Source of the DNA: Escherichia phage PECP20
DNA length: 64,000 nucleotides
Sequence record: OQ873415.1
Direction: 5' to 3' (one strand)
The notes below the pieces were generated by a model that searched no databases, was not told where the DNA came from, and saw only the letters and a list, made by a program, of their open reading frames with translations. How positions within the stretch are numbered: position 1 is the stretch's first letter; each line of letters starts with the position of its first letter. Position numbers and translations under genes: made by a program. This document shows, in pieces, positions 49,338-57,351 of this stretch.

Positions 49338-49610
49338 TTAGTTGTTAGAATACATCGTCAAATGGCGATAAATATTTTCAAAACCTTCATTGAATTCACT
49401 AATCAGTGTTTTCTTTTCTTCGGCAGTTAAATTTGTAATTAGTTTTCTGAACGAATTCTGATTTAGCTGCCGACCATCTTTTTTAATTCCAATCTCATTC
49501 AAGAATCCGATGAAATTTGCTCGGTCTTCAACAATATCTTCCCTAGAGAATTTAATCAAAATAGAAGCAATAGTAATAATTTCACGTACGATTTCAATGT
49601 CTTTATTCAT
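49338..49610 (-). CDS. asiA: AsiA anti-sigma70 factor
   Basis: 90 aa; MNKDIEIVREIITIASILIKFSREDIVEDRANFIGFLNEIG, T4 AsiA-like and same length. Confidence 0.9.
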   Translation of the reverse strand: MNKDIEIVREIITIASILIKFSREDIVEDRANFIGFLNEIGIKKDGRQLNQNSFRKLITNLTAEEKKTLISEFNEGFENIYRHLTMYSNN

Positions 49611-49644
49611 AACGTTTTATTCATTCCACTTAATTGTTAGGAGT

Positions 49645-49674
49645 ATAGTACCATTATCAGTGTTGATTGTAAAC
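49645..49674 (-). promoter_or_regulatory. early promoter for asiA
   Basis: Minus strand GTTTAC (plus 49669-49674), 17 nt, GTACTAT. Confidence 0.45.
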
Positions 49675-49818
49675 GGCTTTTTCTACACTTTTAACGTAAT
49701 CAGTGTAGTCTTCCTGTTCGTACGAGTGTAAGGCCAAGAACGTGGCTAATAGTTCATTATAGACTAAAGCCTCACGCTCACGTTCTGCCTCTACTACGTT
49801 CTGAAGATTATGGCTCAT
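49657..49818 (-). CDS. hypothetical protein (53 aa)
   Basis: ATG at 49818 with SD AAGGA, 1 nt after the upstream stop; the track ORF start is further upstream and overlapping. Confidence 0.4.
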   Translation of the reverse strand: MSHNLQNVVEAEREREALVYNELLATFLALHSYEQEDYTDYVKSVEKAVYNQH

Positions 49819-49819
49819 A

Positions 49820-50107
49820 TCATTCCTTATAACTATCAATGTAGTCCTGTATGTCAAAGAACGACATTTCATATTCTAGGACATTAAGAGCCCGTTCTTC
49901 AGTATAGTCAGAACCAAAGACGATAGTGATTTCACCAGGCTTCATATGATTGAAATCAACGCTAAAAGGAATACGAGAACATACTTCGTCTGCCATATCT
50001 ACGATAACACTACGACACACTTCTCGGTTAACCTGATAAAGCTCTGCAAGTTCTTCACAACGAATAACAAGTTCAGTGGCAGGATTTTCTTTGATTTTAG
50101 TAAACAT
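49820..50107 (-). CDS. hypothetical protein (95 aa)
   Basis: ATG at 50107 with SD AAGGG; the track ORF extends upstream. Confidence 0.45.
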   Translation of the reverse strand: MFTKIKENPATELVIRCEELAELYQVNREVCRSVIVDMADEVCSRIPFSVDFNHMKPGEITIVFGSDYTEERALNVLEYEMSFFDIQDYIDSYKE

Positions 50108-50190
50108 AGTCTTTACCCTTATGTTTTTGTTTACGCTTAGATTGAAGTTCTGATTTCTTCTTGTCCTTATGGACAGAAGCCTTATTGAAA

Positions 50191-50409
50191 TCATGTTTTG
50201 CTACAAGATTGTTCATAATGATTTATAACCTCGTTTAAACATTTGTCTGTGAAAGAAAACTTTTTAGCCACAGAACATTCGATAATGTGCTCTTTCAAAT
50301 CTTTAGAGTCAGTATAACCCATCTCAGTAATAAAGTGGCGAATTAAAGCTTTATTCTTATCATTAACAGAATTAAAATAATCTGCTTTAGAATCAATTAT
50401 TCTCATCAT
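50191..50409 (-). CDS. hypothetical protein (72 aa)
   Basis: ORF in the asiA-motA accessory cluster. Confidence 0.45.
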   Translation of the reverse strand: MMRIIDSKADYFNSVNDKNKALIRHFITEMGYTDSKDLKEHIIECSVAKKFSFTDKCLNEVINHYEQSCSKT

Positions 50410-50674
50410 CTAATTTCCTTAATTGATATTGCAACGAGCTAATAATTTCTTCGTTCATTTTAATATACATGTCACGCAAGAAAGGTTTTAACCCATCACG
50501 AATAATTGCTAACGTATCACCTTTACATAAATTAACCAAATAAGGATGATCTAAAGCGTCCCAACCAGGCTGATTAGCATACATACCATAGTTTTCTTCC
50601 ATCATATGATTAAGACGTTTGATATCTTGGATACGTGATTCAATAGCATCTTTCTGGAGTTGTTTAATATTCAT
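50393..50674 (-). CDS. hypothetical protein (93 aa), acidic C-terminus
   Basis: ORF in the asiA-motA accessory cluster; overlaps its neighbours. Confidence 0.5.
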   Translation of the reverse strand: MNIKQLQKDAIESRIQDIKRLNHMMEENYGMYANQPGWDALDHPYLVNLCKGDTLAIIRDGLKPFLRDMYIKMNEEIISSLQYQLRKLDDENN

Positions 50675-51135
50675 TAATAAAGGTCCTCTGAATAAAGTTC
50701 TTTCTCACTTCCGCCACGTTCAATACGTACCTGTCCAGCATACGTTGCAATAATCATTGCTTCTTCACGTGTCCAGTAATTAGAGTATTGGTCAATAAAG
50801 CCTTGGTCGTCACCACAAACTTGTTGCGAGACTAATTGAGGACCGACTATGTCAAGTACTTCAGCCATATCTTTAGAGTAATGACGAACTCCAGGAATAA
50901 CCAGAGTTCCACCACTCTTCAATTTAAACCTATTAGCTGCACATACTATAACACGTTGAACTTTTTGGTCATTGTTCCAATAGCACGTTTGCCAACAGAT
51001 TTCAGGAACTTCATTCATTATATCATCAGCAGAATAATTATAACCGTAGGACTGGAATTTTTCTGCTAGACTTTCAGGAGTCTCACGAGACAAGGCTAAA
51101 TCTAATAGCTCTAAACGTTCTTTAAATGATTTCAT
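50674..51135 (-). CDS. hypothetical protein (153 aa)
   Basis: ORF in the asiA-motA accessory cluster. Confidence 0.55.
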   Translation of the reverse strand: MKSFKERLELLDLALSRETPESLAEKFQSYGYNYSADDIMNEVPEICWQTCYWNNDQKVQRVIVCAANRFKLKSGGTLVIPGVRHYSKDMAEVLDIVGPQLVSQQVCGDDQGFIDQYSNYWTREEAMIIATYAGQVRIERGGSEKELYSEDLY

Positions 51136-51461
51136 TTAAACCATTCCTTAATACGTTGCCAAATAGATTTTTGTGCTTGTTTATTTACACCAATCGAACG
51201 AATAACCGGTTGTGACTGCTGATATTCTTTATAATCTTCTTTATAGATTTCGTAAGCTGCATCAACAAATGAACTGATCGCTGCCATGTAGTTTTTACGA
51301 AGGCCAAATGGCGCGTCATTATTTTCACGAATAACCGTATATTGGCCTGCTTTAATCTTTACAATTGTCCCTAAATAAGCCCCGTGGTACCAAATATCCC
51401 ATCCTTCCTGAGTAGGTTCTGCACATTTACGAAGTTCGTTAATAATATTCAGCTTATTCAT
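51132..51461 (-). CDS. hypothetical protein (109 aa)
   Basis: ORF coupled (ATGA) upstream of the 153-aa ORF. Confidence 0.55.
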   Translation of the reverse strand: MNKLNIINELRKCAEPTQEGWDIWYHGAYLGTIVKIKAGQYTVIRENNDAPFGLRKNYMAAISSFVDAAYEIYKEDYKEYQQSQPVIRSIGVNKQAQKSIWQRIKEWFK

Positions 51462-51471
51462 TATGTATTCC

Positions 51472-52104
51472 TCACAGTACGTTAGTTACAAGGGTAATGA
51501 TTTCTTTGGACACATTAGGGAAGTCAATGTAAGTATATTTACCACCGATTTTAATCTTAACATCATTTTCAAGAGAAGTAAACAGCTTTGATTCAGTTTC
51601 TGACATGTTGTATGCAAAGATTCTAAGAGCGCCATCTCGTCGAATTTCAATTTGGCGAATGCCTAGAACTCGTTTAGCGAATCGAACTTCTAAGTTACTA
51701 CGGTTTTCACCAATTTCTTTAACTTCAACTTTATCTTTAATATTTTCAAAAACAAAGTTCGCTAGTTCATGCATTTCAGGAGTAACTCCACGTGCTTTTC
51801 TGGTGTTACGTTTCTGGAGAAGTTCTGGAGCATTTTCTTGAGCAAATAGGTCTGCAGCTTTTTGGATAATATCCATTGCTTCGCCGGTTGCCACAAGTCC
51901 ATCACCGGATTTTTCGACTAAACCTTTTTTAATCAATACACCAATGTTAGAGTTAACAACCGATGCATTGTATTCCGCTTTCAGAGCTTCACGGACATTG
52001 GCAGCAGTGGTGAAGTTGTTCTTAATGATATAAACCATTATTGCAGCAGTTTTTTCATTCAGAGCGTTTTCAGAAGCTTTGATGATGTAAGTAACTTTAG
52101 ACAT
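51472..52104 (-). CDS. motA: MotA middle-promoter transcription activator
   Basis: 210 aa; MSKVTYIIKASENALNEKTAAIMVYI...NSNIGVLIKKGLVEKSGDGL, T4 MotA-like. Confidence 0.92.
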   Translation of the reverse strand: MSKVTYIIKASENALNEKTAAIMVYIIKNNFTTAANVREALKAEYNASVVNSNIGVLIKKGLVEKSGDGLVATGEAMDIIQKAADLFAQENAPELLQKRNTRKARGVTPEMHELANFVFENIKDKVEVKEIGENRSNLEVRFAKRVLGIRQIEIRRDGALRIFAYNMSETESKLFTSLENDVKIKIGGKYTYIDFPNVSKEIITLVTNVL

Positions 52105-52140
52105 TTTATTTCTCCAAATTAGTATTTGTTTGATAGGTCT

Positions 52141-52169
52141 ATAATATCATGTTTGAAGCAAAAGTAAAC
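52141..52169 (-). promoter_or_regulatory. early promoter cassette for motA (copy 1 of a tandem pair)
   Basis: Minus strand GTTTAC (plus 52164-52169), 17 nt, TATTAT (plus 52141-52146). Confidence 0.55.
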
Positions 52170-52206
52170 TTTATTTTGGGCTCTTTTTCAAAAGCCCTGG
52201 TAAAAT

Positions 52207-52422
52207 TTACAAACTCATTTCTTTAATAAGGCTAATAAGTTTTGCCTTTTTAGAACGAAGCTTTTCTAAATGATGTCCATTTGAACCGCGAACCACTAAA
52301 GAATTGATTTCAACTTCTAAGAAATTTAATTCTTCAACAAGTGCTTTACGGAGAGCATTCATACCAGGTTTAACTTTACCGAAACGAGTAGTTGTGTTTT
52401 GGGTTAATTTCATTTTAGACAT
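52207..52422 (-). CDS. hypothetical basic protein (71 aa)
   Basis: ORF flanked by the two near-identical promoter cassettes; its start context GACATTTTATTTCTCCAA is duplicated from motA. Confidence 0.5.
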   Translation of the reverse strand: MSKMKLTQNTTTRFGKVKPGMNALRKALVEELNFLEVEINSLVVRGSNGHHLEKLRSKKAKLISLIKEMSL

Positions 52423-52461
52423 TTTATTTCTCCAATTTGGTTGTTTTGTTTTGATAGGTCT

Positions 52462-52490
52462 ATAATATCATGTTTGAAGCACATGTAAAC
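52462..52490 (-). promoter_or_regulatory. early promoter cassette (copy 2 of the tandem pair)
   Basis: Near-identical repeat of 52131-52169 (TGATAGGTCTATAATATCATGTTTGAAGCA...GTAAAC). Confidence 0.55.
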
Positions 52491-52510
52491 TGTTTTGTGA
52501 GAAAAAAATG

Positions 52511-52533
52511 CACAAAAGGGAGCTTCGGCTCCC
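52511..52533 (-). terminator. rho-independent terminator downstream of gene 52
   Basis: Minus strand GGGAGCCGAAGCTCCC then TTTTGTGCATTTTTTT. Confidence 0.6.
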
Positions 52534-52609
52534 TAATCATGTTTGTCCAACCAATACAGCCAAATCACTAGTGCAGCTATTGCACCGAGAAATCCTAAGG
52601 CTAGGGCAC

Positions 52610-53935
52610 TCAAAGTGCCTCCAAGTCTTTAGTGTACTCTGACACAACATCAGTAGACTTCCAATACTCATTTTCTTCTTTCTTAGCTTTAGCTTCTTCT
52701 GCTAGTTTACGTGCTTCGTCAGAAGTGATATGGAAGATGTTAAGACCTACCAATTTATCGATATGTTCTTTATACATTTCGATTTGTGCTAGCTCTTCAG
52801 TCAAAGCTTTACGAGTCTTGCCTTGAATCACAATTTCGCCACTGATAACTTTTTTGATGAAGTGTGCCTTAGCAAAAGCCAGTTTAAATGCTTTTTCAGA
52901 TTCAATGATTTTGTTATCAATACGTTTCTGAACGTAAGTCTTACGGACTTCAACAAAATCTTTGATTAAGTCCACTACGTTATCGTAGACCGTTAATTTA
53001 CCCTTTTCATTAATCACTGTGATGTTTTGTGAACGACGTTCGATGAGACTAAAATCTTTCATGATTTTTTCATGACGTAGCTCTTCATCATCAGGAAGCG
53101 AGTACTCTTTACGGAACTTCACCTTAAACCCAAAACCGTGTTCACCACAATCATCTTCCCATGAGATTAGACCTTTGTCTTCCAACGGGTCAAGAACCTT
53201 ACTCACATACGTTTCACGGTCGAATTTATATGGGATTTCAGTTATCTGCATTTGAGTGCGAGATGTGAACTTATATGTTCCGTGAATCTCATAACGCCCA
53301 TCAACTTCATGCACTTCACCGCGGAATTCCGGGAATTCAACTTTTGGTTTAGTGACATTTTTACCTTGAAGAGCTTGTAATACAGCCTTTTTGACCGATT
53401 TAAAACTATGAGGCAGAATATTTGTTGCGTAACCGGTTGCAATACCAGAGACACCGTTCAAAAGAACTGTCGGAATAATAGGAAGATAGAATTTTGGTGG
53501 AACGTGTTCTTTATCTTCATGAGCTGGAGCATATTCGGTATCTTTATAGACATTATAGAAATTTTTGCTTACACGAGCAAAAATATAACGAGATGCTGCA
53601 GCTTTTTGGACTGTTCGAGAACCAAAGTTGCCTTGACCATCTAATAGTGGATAGTTGTTATTCCATGTGTTAGCCATCAATGCACCTGCATCTTGTGCAG
53701 AAGATTCACCATGGTGATAACCTAAATCTGCAACACCGCCTGCAATTGACGCAAGTTTATGAAATTTTTCTTTATTACCACGAGCCAAATCTAATGCACG
53801 ATGAACCACAAAACGTTGAACCGGCTTAAATCCATCAATCATGTTTGGGATTGCACGGTTTTCAACGGTGTACATAGCATATGCTAAGGCTTCGTTATCA
53901 ATAATACTTTTTAGATTACGAGAATTCAATTGCAT
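52610..53935 (-). CDS. 52: gp52 topoisomerase II medium subunit (GyrA-like)
   Basis: 441 aa; MQLNSRNLKSIIDNEALAYAMYTVENRAIPNMIDGFKPVQRFV, T4 gp52-like; T4 gp52 is 442 aa. Confidence 0.95.
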   Translation of the reverse strand: MQLNSRNLKSIIDNEALAYAMYTVENRAIPNMIDGFKPVQRFVVHRALDLARGNKEKFHKLASIAGGVADLGYHHGESSAQDAGALMANTWNNNYPLLDGQGNFGSRTVQKAAASRYIFARVSKNFYNVYKDTEYAPAHEDKEHVPPKFYLPIIPTVLLNGVSGIATGYATNILPHSFKSVKKAVLQALQGKNVTKPKVEFPEFRGEVHEVDGRYEIHGTYKFTSRTQMQITEIPYKFDRETYVSKVLDPLEDKGLISWEDDCGEHGFGFKVKFRKEYSLPDDEELRHEKIMKDFSLIERRSQNITVINEKGKLTVYDNVVDLIKDFVEVRKTYVQKRIDNKIIESEKAFKLAFAKAHFIKKVISGEIVIQGKTRKALTEELAQIEMYKEHIDKLVGLNIFHITSDEARKLAEEAKAKKEENEYWKSTDVVSEYTKDLEAL

Positions 53936-53939
53936 ATTT

Positions 53940-54080
53940 TCACCATATTAATGAACGAATAACCATTATAACATCTGAAATGAAAAGCACTACTTGGATT
54001 AGTCCAAACATCACACCGTAGTACAGAATCGTAAACAACAACAAGAGCCCGAAGGCTCCTGCTAAGATTTTCTTAATCAT
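53940..54080 (-). CDS. small hydrophobic membrane protein (46 aa)
   Basis: Hand-translated MIKKILAGAFGLLLLFTILYYGVMFGLIQVVLFISDVIMVIRSLIW; start overlaps the upstream stop (TAATG); ac-like position. Confidence 0.4.
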   Translation of the reverse strand: MIKKILAGAFGLLLLFTILYYGVMFGLIQVVLFISDVIMVIRSLIW

Positions 54081-54226
54081 TACTCGCCTTTTAACACGTT
54101 AAGAAGAGCTAAGACCGCTAAGGTACCTTGTGATACGGCCTGTTGAAATACCGTTGTTTCGCCTGTAACTAAAGTGTTAACGAATAAAAACGACCAACAC
54201 AACAATGCAATAATCCATGATACCAT
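54080..54226 (-). CDS. small hydrophobic membrane protein (48 aa)
   Basis: Hand-translated MVSWIIALLCWSFLFVNTLVTGETTVFQQAVSQGTLAVLALLNVLKGE with SD GAGGT. Confidence 0.4.
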   Translation of the reverse strand: MVSWIIALLCWSFLFVNTLVTGETTVFQQAVSQGTLAVLALLNVLKGE

Positions 54227-54278
54227 TTTAATTACCTCACAAATAAATTAAAGGCCTAACTTAATAGGCCTGTATAAA

Positions 54279-54725
54279 TTAGTAACTCTGCAGAATAAAT
54301 TTGAAATTATCTGCCAGAAGACGGTTCATTTCAGTGAGTGTTTGATATTCTGATGTATGGTTGCGAGTGAATGCCAGAGCCAATTGACCTTTACCATAAC
54401 CAGTAGTCAGGGGTTTCATGTTCTTGGCTGAAACAAAGATTACGTCATATTCAATATTATTAGTGCCCATGGTACGGGCTAGTTGCGAACGGCCTTGACG
54501 AATGTGAGAAAGAATTGCATCCAACCCTTGTTTAGAACGTTGACGTCCTACAAAGAATCGTGCTGCTACTTGTCGCCAGTCAGATGAACCTTTAACAAAG
54601 AAGTAAAAACCTTCACGAGAACGAAACTCTTTAGAAACTTCAGAACCGTATTCGCCATTACGAACTACTGCAACAACTTCACCGCCAACTGCCAGAAGGT
54701 CTTTACGAGTTAAATATTTGGACAT
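54279..54725 (-). CDS. ndd: Ndd nucleoid disruption protein
   Basis: 148 aa; ...[47 protein letters not shown]...[41 protein letters not shown]4 Ndd-like. Confidence 0.9.
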   Translation of the reverse strand: MSKYLTRKDLLAVGGEVVAVVRNGEYGSEVSKEFRSREGFYFFVKGSSDWRQVAARFFVGRQRSKQGLDAILSHIRQGRSQLARTMGTNNIEYDVIFVSAKNMKPLTTGYGKGQLALAFTRNHTSEYQTLTEMNRLLADNFKFILQSY

Positions 54726-54769
54726 GCTAATTTCCTCAATTGATTAATGTTTTTGTAATCCATGAGAGC

Positions 54770-54798
54770 ATTATACTCTGCTCTCAAGAGTTTGTACA
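54770..54798 (-). promoter_or_regulatory. early promoter for ndd with -10 in palindrome
   Basis: Minus strand TATAAT (plus 54770-54775) inside inverted repeat GAGAGCA/TGCTCTC; near-duplicate of the cassette at 26423-26458. Confidence 0.5.
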
Positions 54799-54801
54799 AT
54801 T

Positions 54802-55017
54802 TTATTCGGCCATATCAGAACGTTCAAAAAGCTCTTCAACAGTTAAACATTCAGTGTCATCCTCGATAAAGAATCGGGTCCAACACGTTGGGGCGATGCA
54901 GTTATGAGTTTGTCCAGCTATAGAAGCTACACGAATAAGCTGCTGTCCATTATTCAGGACAAATTTTTCACCAATTTCAACATCTTTAAAAAGCTTAGCC
55001 ATTTTTGTATTCCTCAT
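54802..55017 (-). CDS. hypothetical protein (71 aa)
   Basis: ORF with ATG at 55017, downstream of an early promoter cassette. Confidence 0.45.
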   Translation of the reverse strand: MRNTKMAKLFKDVEIGEKFVLNNGQQLIRVASIAGQTHNCIAPTCWTRFFIEDDTECLTVEELFERSDMAE

Positions 55018-55023
55018 GTTTAA

Positions 55024-55061
55024 GTAGGACTACTATACCATAATCCTACTGTGTTGTAAAC
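55024..55061 (-). promoter_or_regulatory. early promoter with palindrome
   Basis: Minus strand GTTTAC (plus 55056-55061); inverted repeat GTAGGA/TCCTAC (55024-55049) around the -10. Confidence 0.4.
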
Positions 55062-55252
55062 AATTAAATTACATTAAAATATGTTAAAGCCAACCATGTT
55101 CCAGTGAACGAACATGCAATGTAAAAACCGTATCACAAAATGTTCTTAGTACAATAAGAAGTGCATTTTTCATAAGTACCTCAACACAATTGAAAATATT
55201 ATACAAATCATTGGGATACTAAGCAACCATATTCCTATCCACATTTTAGAGC

Positions 55253-55516
55253 TCATATCTCAACTTCCGTGAGTTCCATATATCCTTTGTTGATAACCTC
55301 TTTAAGGTCTTTAGAAAGAATAACACCAAAATGGTCGTTCATATGTCCATTAACTAAACGAGTTATTTCGGCTTCAGATGACATATAAGGCACGTCTGAG
55401 TCCCAATGAGATAGACCTAAATGGGTATAAATCATCCCTTCGTCATCTGCCGTGTTGTACATTGAAACAAATTCGCCTGTTACTTTATGTTTTGCGTAGA
55501 AAAATTTAAATTTCAT
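55253..55516 (-). CDS. hypothetical protein (87 aa)
   Basis: ORF with ATG at 55516, downstream of an early promoter cassette. Confidence 0.5.
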   Translation of the reverse strand: MKFKFFYAKHKVTGEFVSMYNTADDEGMIYTHLGLSHWDSDVPYMSSEAEITRLVNGHMNDHFGVILSKDLKEVINKGYMELTEVEI

Positions 55517-55534
55517 GATGTTATCCTCTTTTAG

Positions 55535-55572
55535 ATAGGACTACTGTATCATAGTCCTACTTAGTTGTAAAC
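55535..55572 (-). promoter_or_regulatory. early promoter with palindrome
   Basis: Minus strand GTTTAC (plus 55567-55572); inverted repeat TAGGACT/AGTCCTA (55535-55558). Confidence 0.4.
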
Positions 55573-55584
55573 ACTTTTATGAAA

Positions 55585-56142
55585 TTAAAGATGAAGATAC
55601 CACCCGTTGTAGTTGCTCTTGCGGACGATTTTCTTTAGGTCTTCATGGTCTCCCACGAACTTTATAGAATAAGAGAAGACGTCAGGTGAGGTTTCTTTGA
55701 CATTCAATATAATAATACAGTCAGCGACTCGATGATTAAGGAAGGGCCCTATGTTGATTCCGTTGCCACCCGGATAATCACCACTGTATCCTGTGGTAAC
55801 AGAAATCCATTTAGAATCCATCTGATGTGTCTTGACTTCGACACGCAACCCGCAGTATTTAGGATGAGCTAACACGTCCCATGCATACGTATACGGGTCT
55901 TCTACATCTTCAATACCTTTATTAACATATCCGTCTAGCCAATTTGCTACTACATACTCTGCAAAGACTGCAACCTTACAACGTCGAACTACATCTTCTT
56001 TGTTTTGGTCAGGATTTTGGCTCAACGAATATCGAGCAGTGTCAGCAATCTTCACCTTCATTTCACTAGTCAAAAACTCATTCGACAGGATAAATGTCGG
56101 AAGATTCTTCAGCCTCAACAGTCCCAAGTTCGTCTTTACCAT
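55585..56142 (-). CDS. denB: endonuclease IV
   Basis: 185 aa from ATG at 56142 (SD GAGG), matching the T4 DenB length; the track ORF extends 21 codons upstream. Confidence 0.6.
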   Translation of the reverse strand: MVKTNLGLLRLKNLPTFILSNEFLTSEMKVKIADTARYSLSQNPDQNKEDVVRRCKVAVFAEYVVANWLDGYVNKGIEDVEDPYTYAWDVLAHPKYCGLRVEVKTHQMDSKWISVTTGYSGDYPGGNGINIGPFLNHRVADCIIILNVKETSPDVFSYSIKFVGDHEDLKKIVRKSNYNGWYLHL

Positions 56143-56365
56143 AGATACCTCTGATGTGTAGTTCGCCAAAATAAATGCGGTCTCCTTCTTCAAGATATTC
56201 TGCATCTACAGGCGGGATTTCAATAACAACTTCGTCGCATTCTAACCAGCCGTAGTGTGCATCACCAGGATGTTTTACCAATTTAGCACAATAAACTGAT
56301 TTACACTTATGATGACCACGAAGATTAGCAATTTTGGATTCTGATACGTCAAATGGATGAATCAT
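56078..56365 (-). CDS. hypothetical protein (95 aa) with Cys/His cluster
   Basis: ORF with SD; HHKCKSVYCAK...HPGDAHYGWLECDE; its 3' end overlaps the proposed denB start. Confidence 0.4.
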   Translation of the reverse strand: MIHPFDVSESKIANLRGHHKCKSVYCAKLVKHPGDAHYGWLECDEVVIEIPPVDAEYLEEGDRIYFGELHIRGIYGKDELGTVEAEESSDIYPVE

Positions 56366-56382
56366 AATTACCCCTAAAGAAA

Positions 56383-56398
56383 AAAGGGGACCGAAGTC
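56383..56398 (-). terminator. hairpin terminator downstream of rIIB
   Basis: Minus strand GGGGACTTCGGTCCCC then TTTTTTC. Confidence 0.55.
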
Positions 56399-56406
56399 CC
56401 CAATTA

Positions 56407-57342
56407 TTATTCTGCAAATAATTCAGTAACGTCTGAAATTACTTCATAACGACAAGTACGCATCTTAGCATCACCGTAGTCAACCGGGATGGATACAACA
56501 TCACGTGGATGAACTTTAACCTTAACAACTTTATCTGAGCTTGAACCAAAGTGGCGAATATAAGATTTAGCACAAACATGGAGACCGCGAGAACAGGTTT
56601 GAGTATCATCGTCGTTAACTCGAGTACGAGGCATTGAAACAACTTTACCTGGGGAGTTATCAAATGTACCACTATAGCAGTCTAAATAGTCCTTACGAAC
56701 TACTTTCCATGCATAGAAATACCCATCTTCAGTGATTTCAATATCGTTTGCAACCAAGAAGTCGAATAAACGTTGTACAGCTTTTTCGCTTGGGTTTTCT
56801 AACAGGTTTTCAAGGAACGGCAGATAGAATTTAAAGTCTTCGCCTTTTTCCATAGAATCAATAATACGATTAACCAGGCCAGAACGAATCTCTATACCTT
56901 GATAAAATAAACTACCACCTTCAATAACAACATTACCATCAACAAACTTACTAATAGCTTTCTTGATGTTAATAAGTTCGACAGCTTTACTAAGGTTTCC
57001 TGCGACCAGATTAGCTTTAATTTCTTCAAAATTTGCATGACTTGATGGGGTCGCATTGTATGCTACGCGTCCTTCAATAATTGAAATAAATTTAGATGAC
57101 GCGTTCCATACGATTTCTGGACGATGTCCGCCAATAATAGGTTCATCATTTTCTTGGACTTGTTCTTCGTCTTCAAATTCAGCGGCTTTCTCTTCAGCTT
57201 TAAAATTCTTAACAATCTTACGAAGAGTGTCAGTGGAAATATTGAAGTAATCAGCAATTTCCCGACGGGTCCATTTGCCTGATTCAACCAGGCCGTAAGC
57301 TTCTAACTGTTCTTCTTGGGACAAGCATTTGATATTGTACAT
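56407..57342 (-). CDS. rIIB: rIIB membrane-associated protein
   Basis: 311 aa immediately downstream of rIIA; T4 rIIB is 312 aa. Confidence 0.9.
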   Translation of the reverse strand: MYNIKCLSQEEQLEAYGLVESGKWTRREIADYFNISTDTLRKIVKNFKAEEKAAEFEDEEQVQENDEPIIGGHRPEIVWNASSKFISIIEGRVAYNATPSSHANFEEIKANLVAGNLSKAVELINIKKAISKFVDGNVVIEGGSLFYQGIEIRSGLVNRIIDSMEKGEDFKFYLPFLENLLENPSEKAVQRLFDFLVANDIEITEDGYFYAWKVVRKDYLDCYSGTFDNSPGKVVSMPRTRVNDDDTQTCSRGLHVCAKSYIRHFGSSSDKVVKVKVHPRDVVSIPVDYGDAKMRTCRYEVISDVTELFAE

Positions 57343-57351
57343 AATGTTTCC

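Noticed and set aside
56078-56205. Longer denB start at 56205 (206 aa)
   Set aside because: The internal ATG at 56142 has an SD and gives the 185-aa length of T4 DenB; the longer form would overlap the upstream ORF by 128 nt. Not certain
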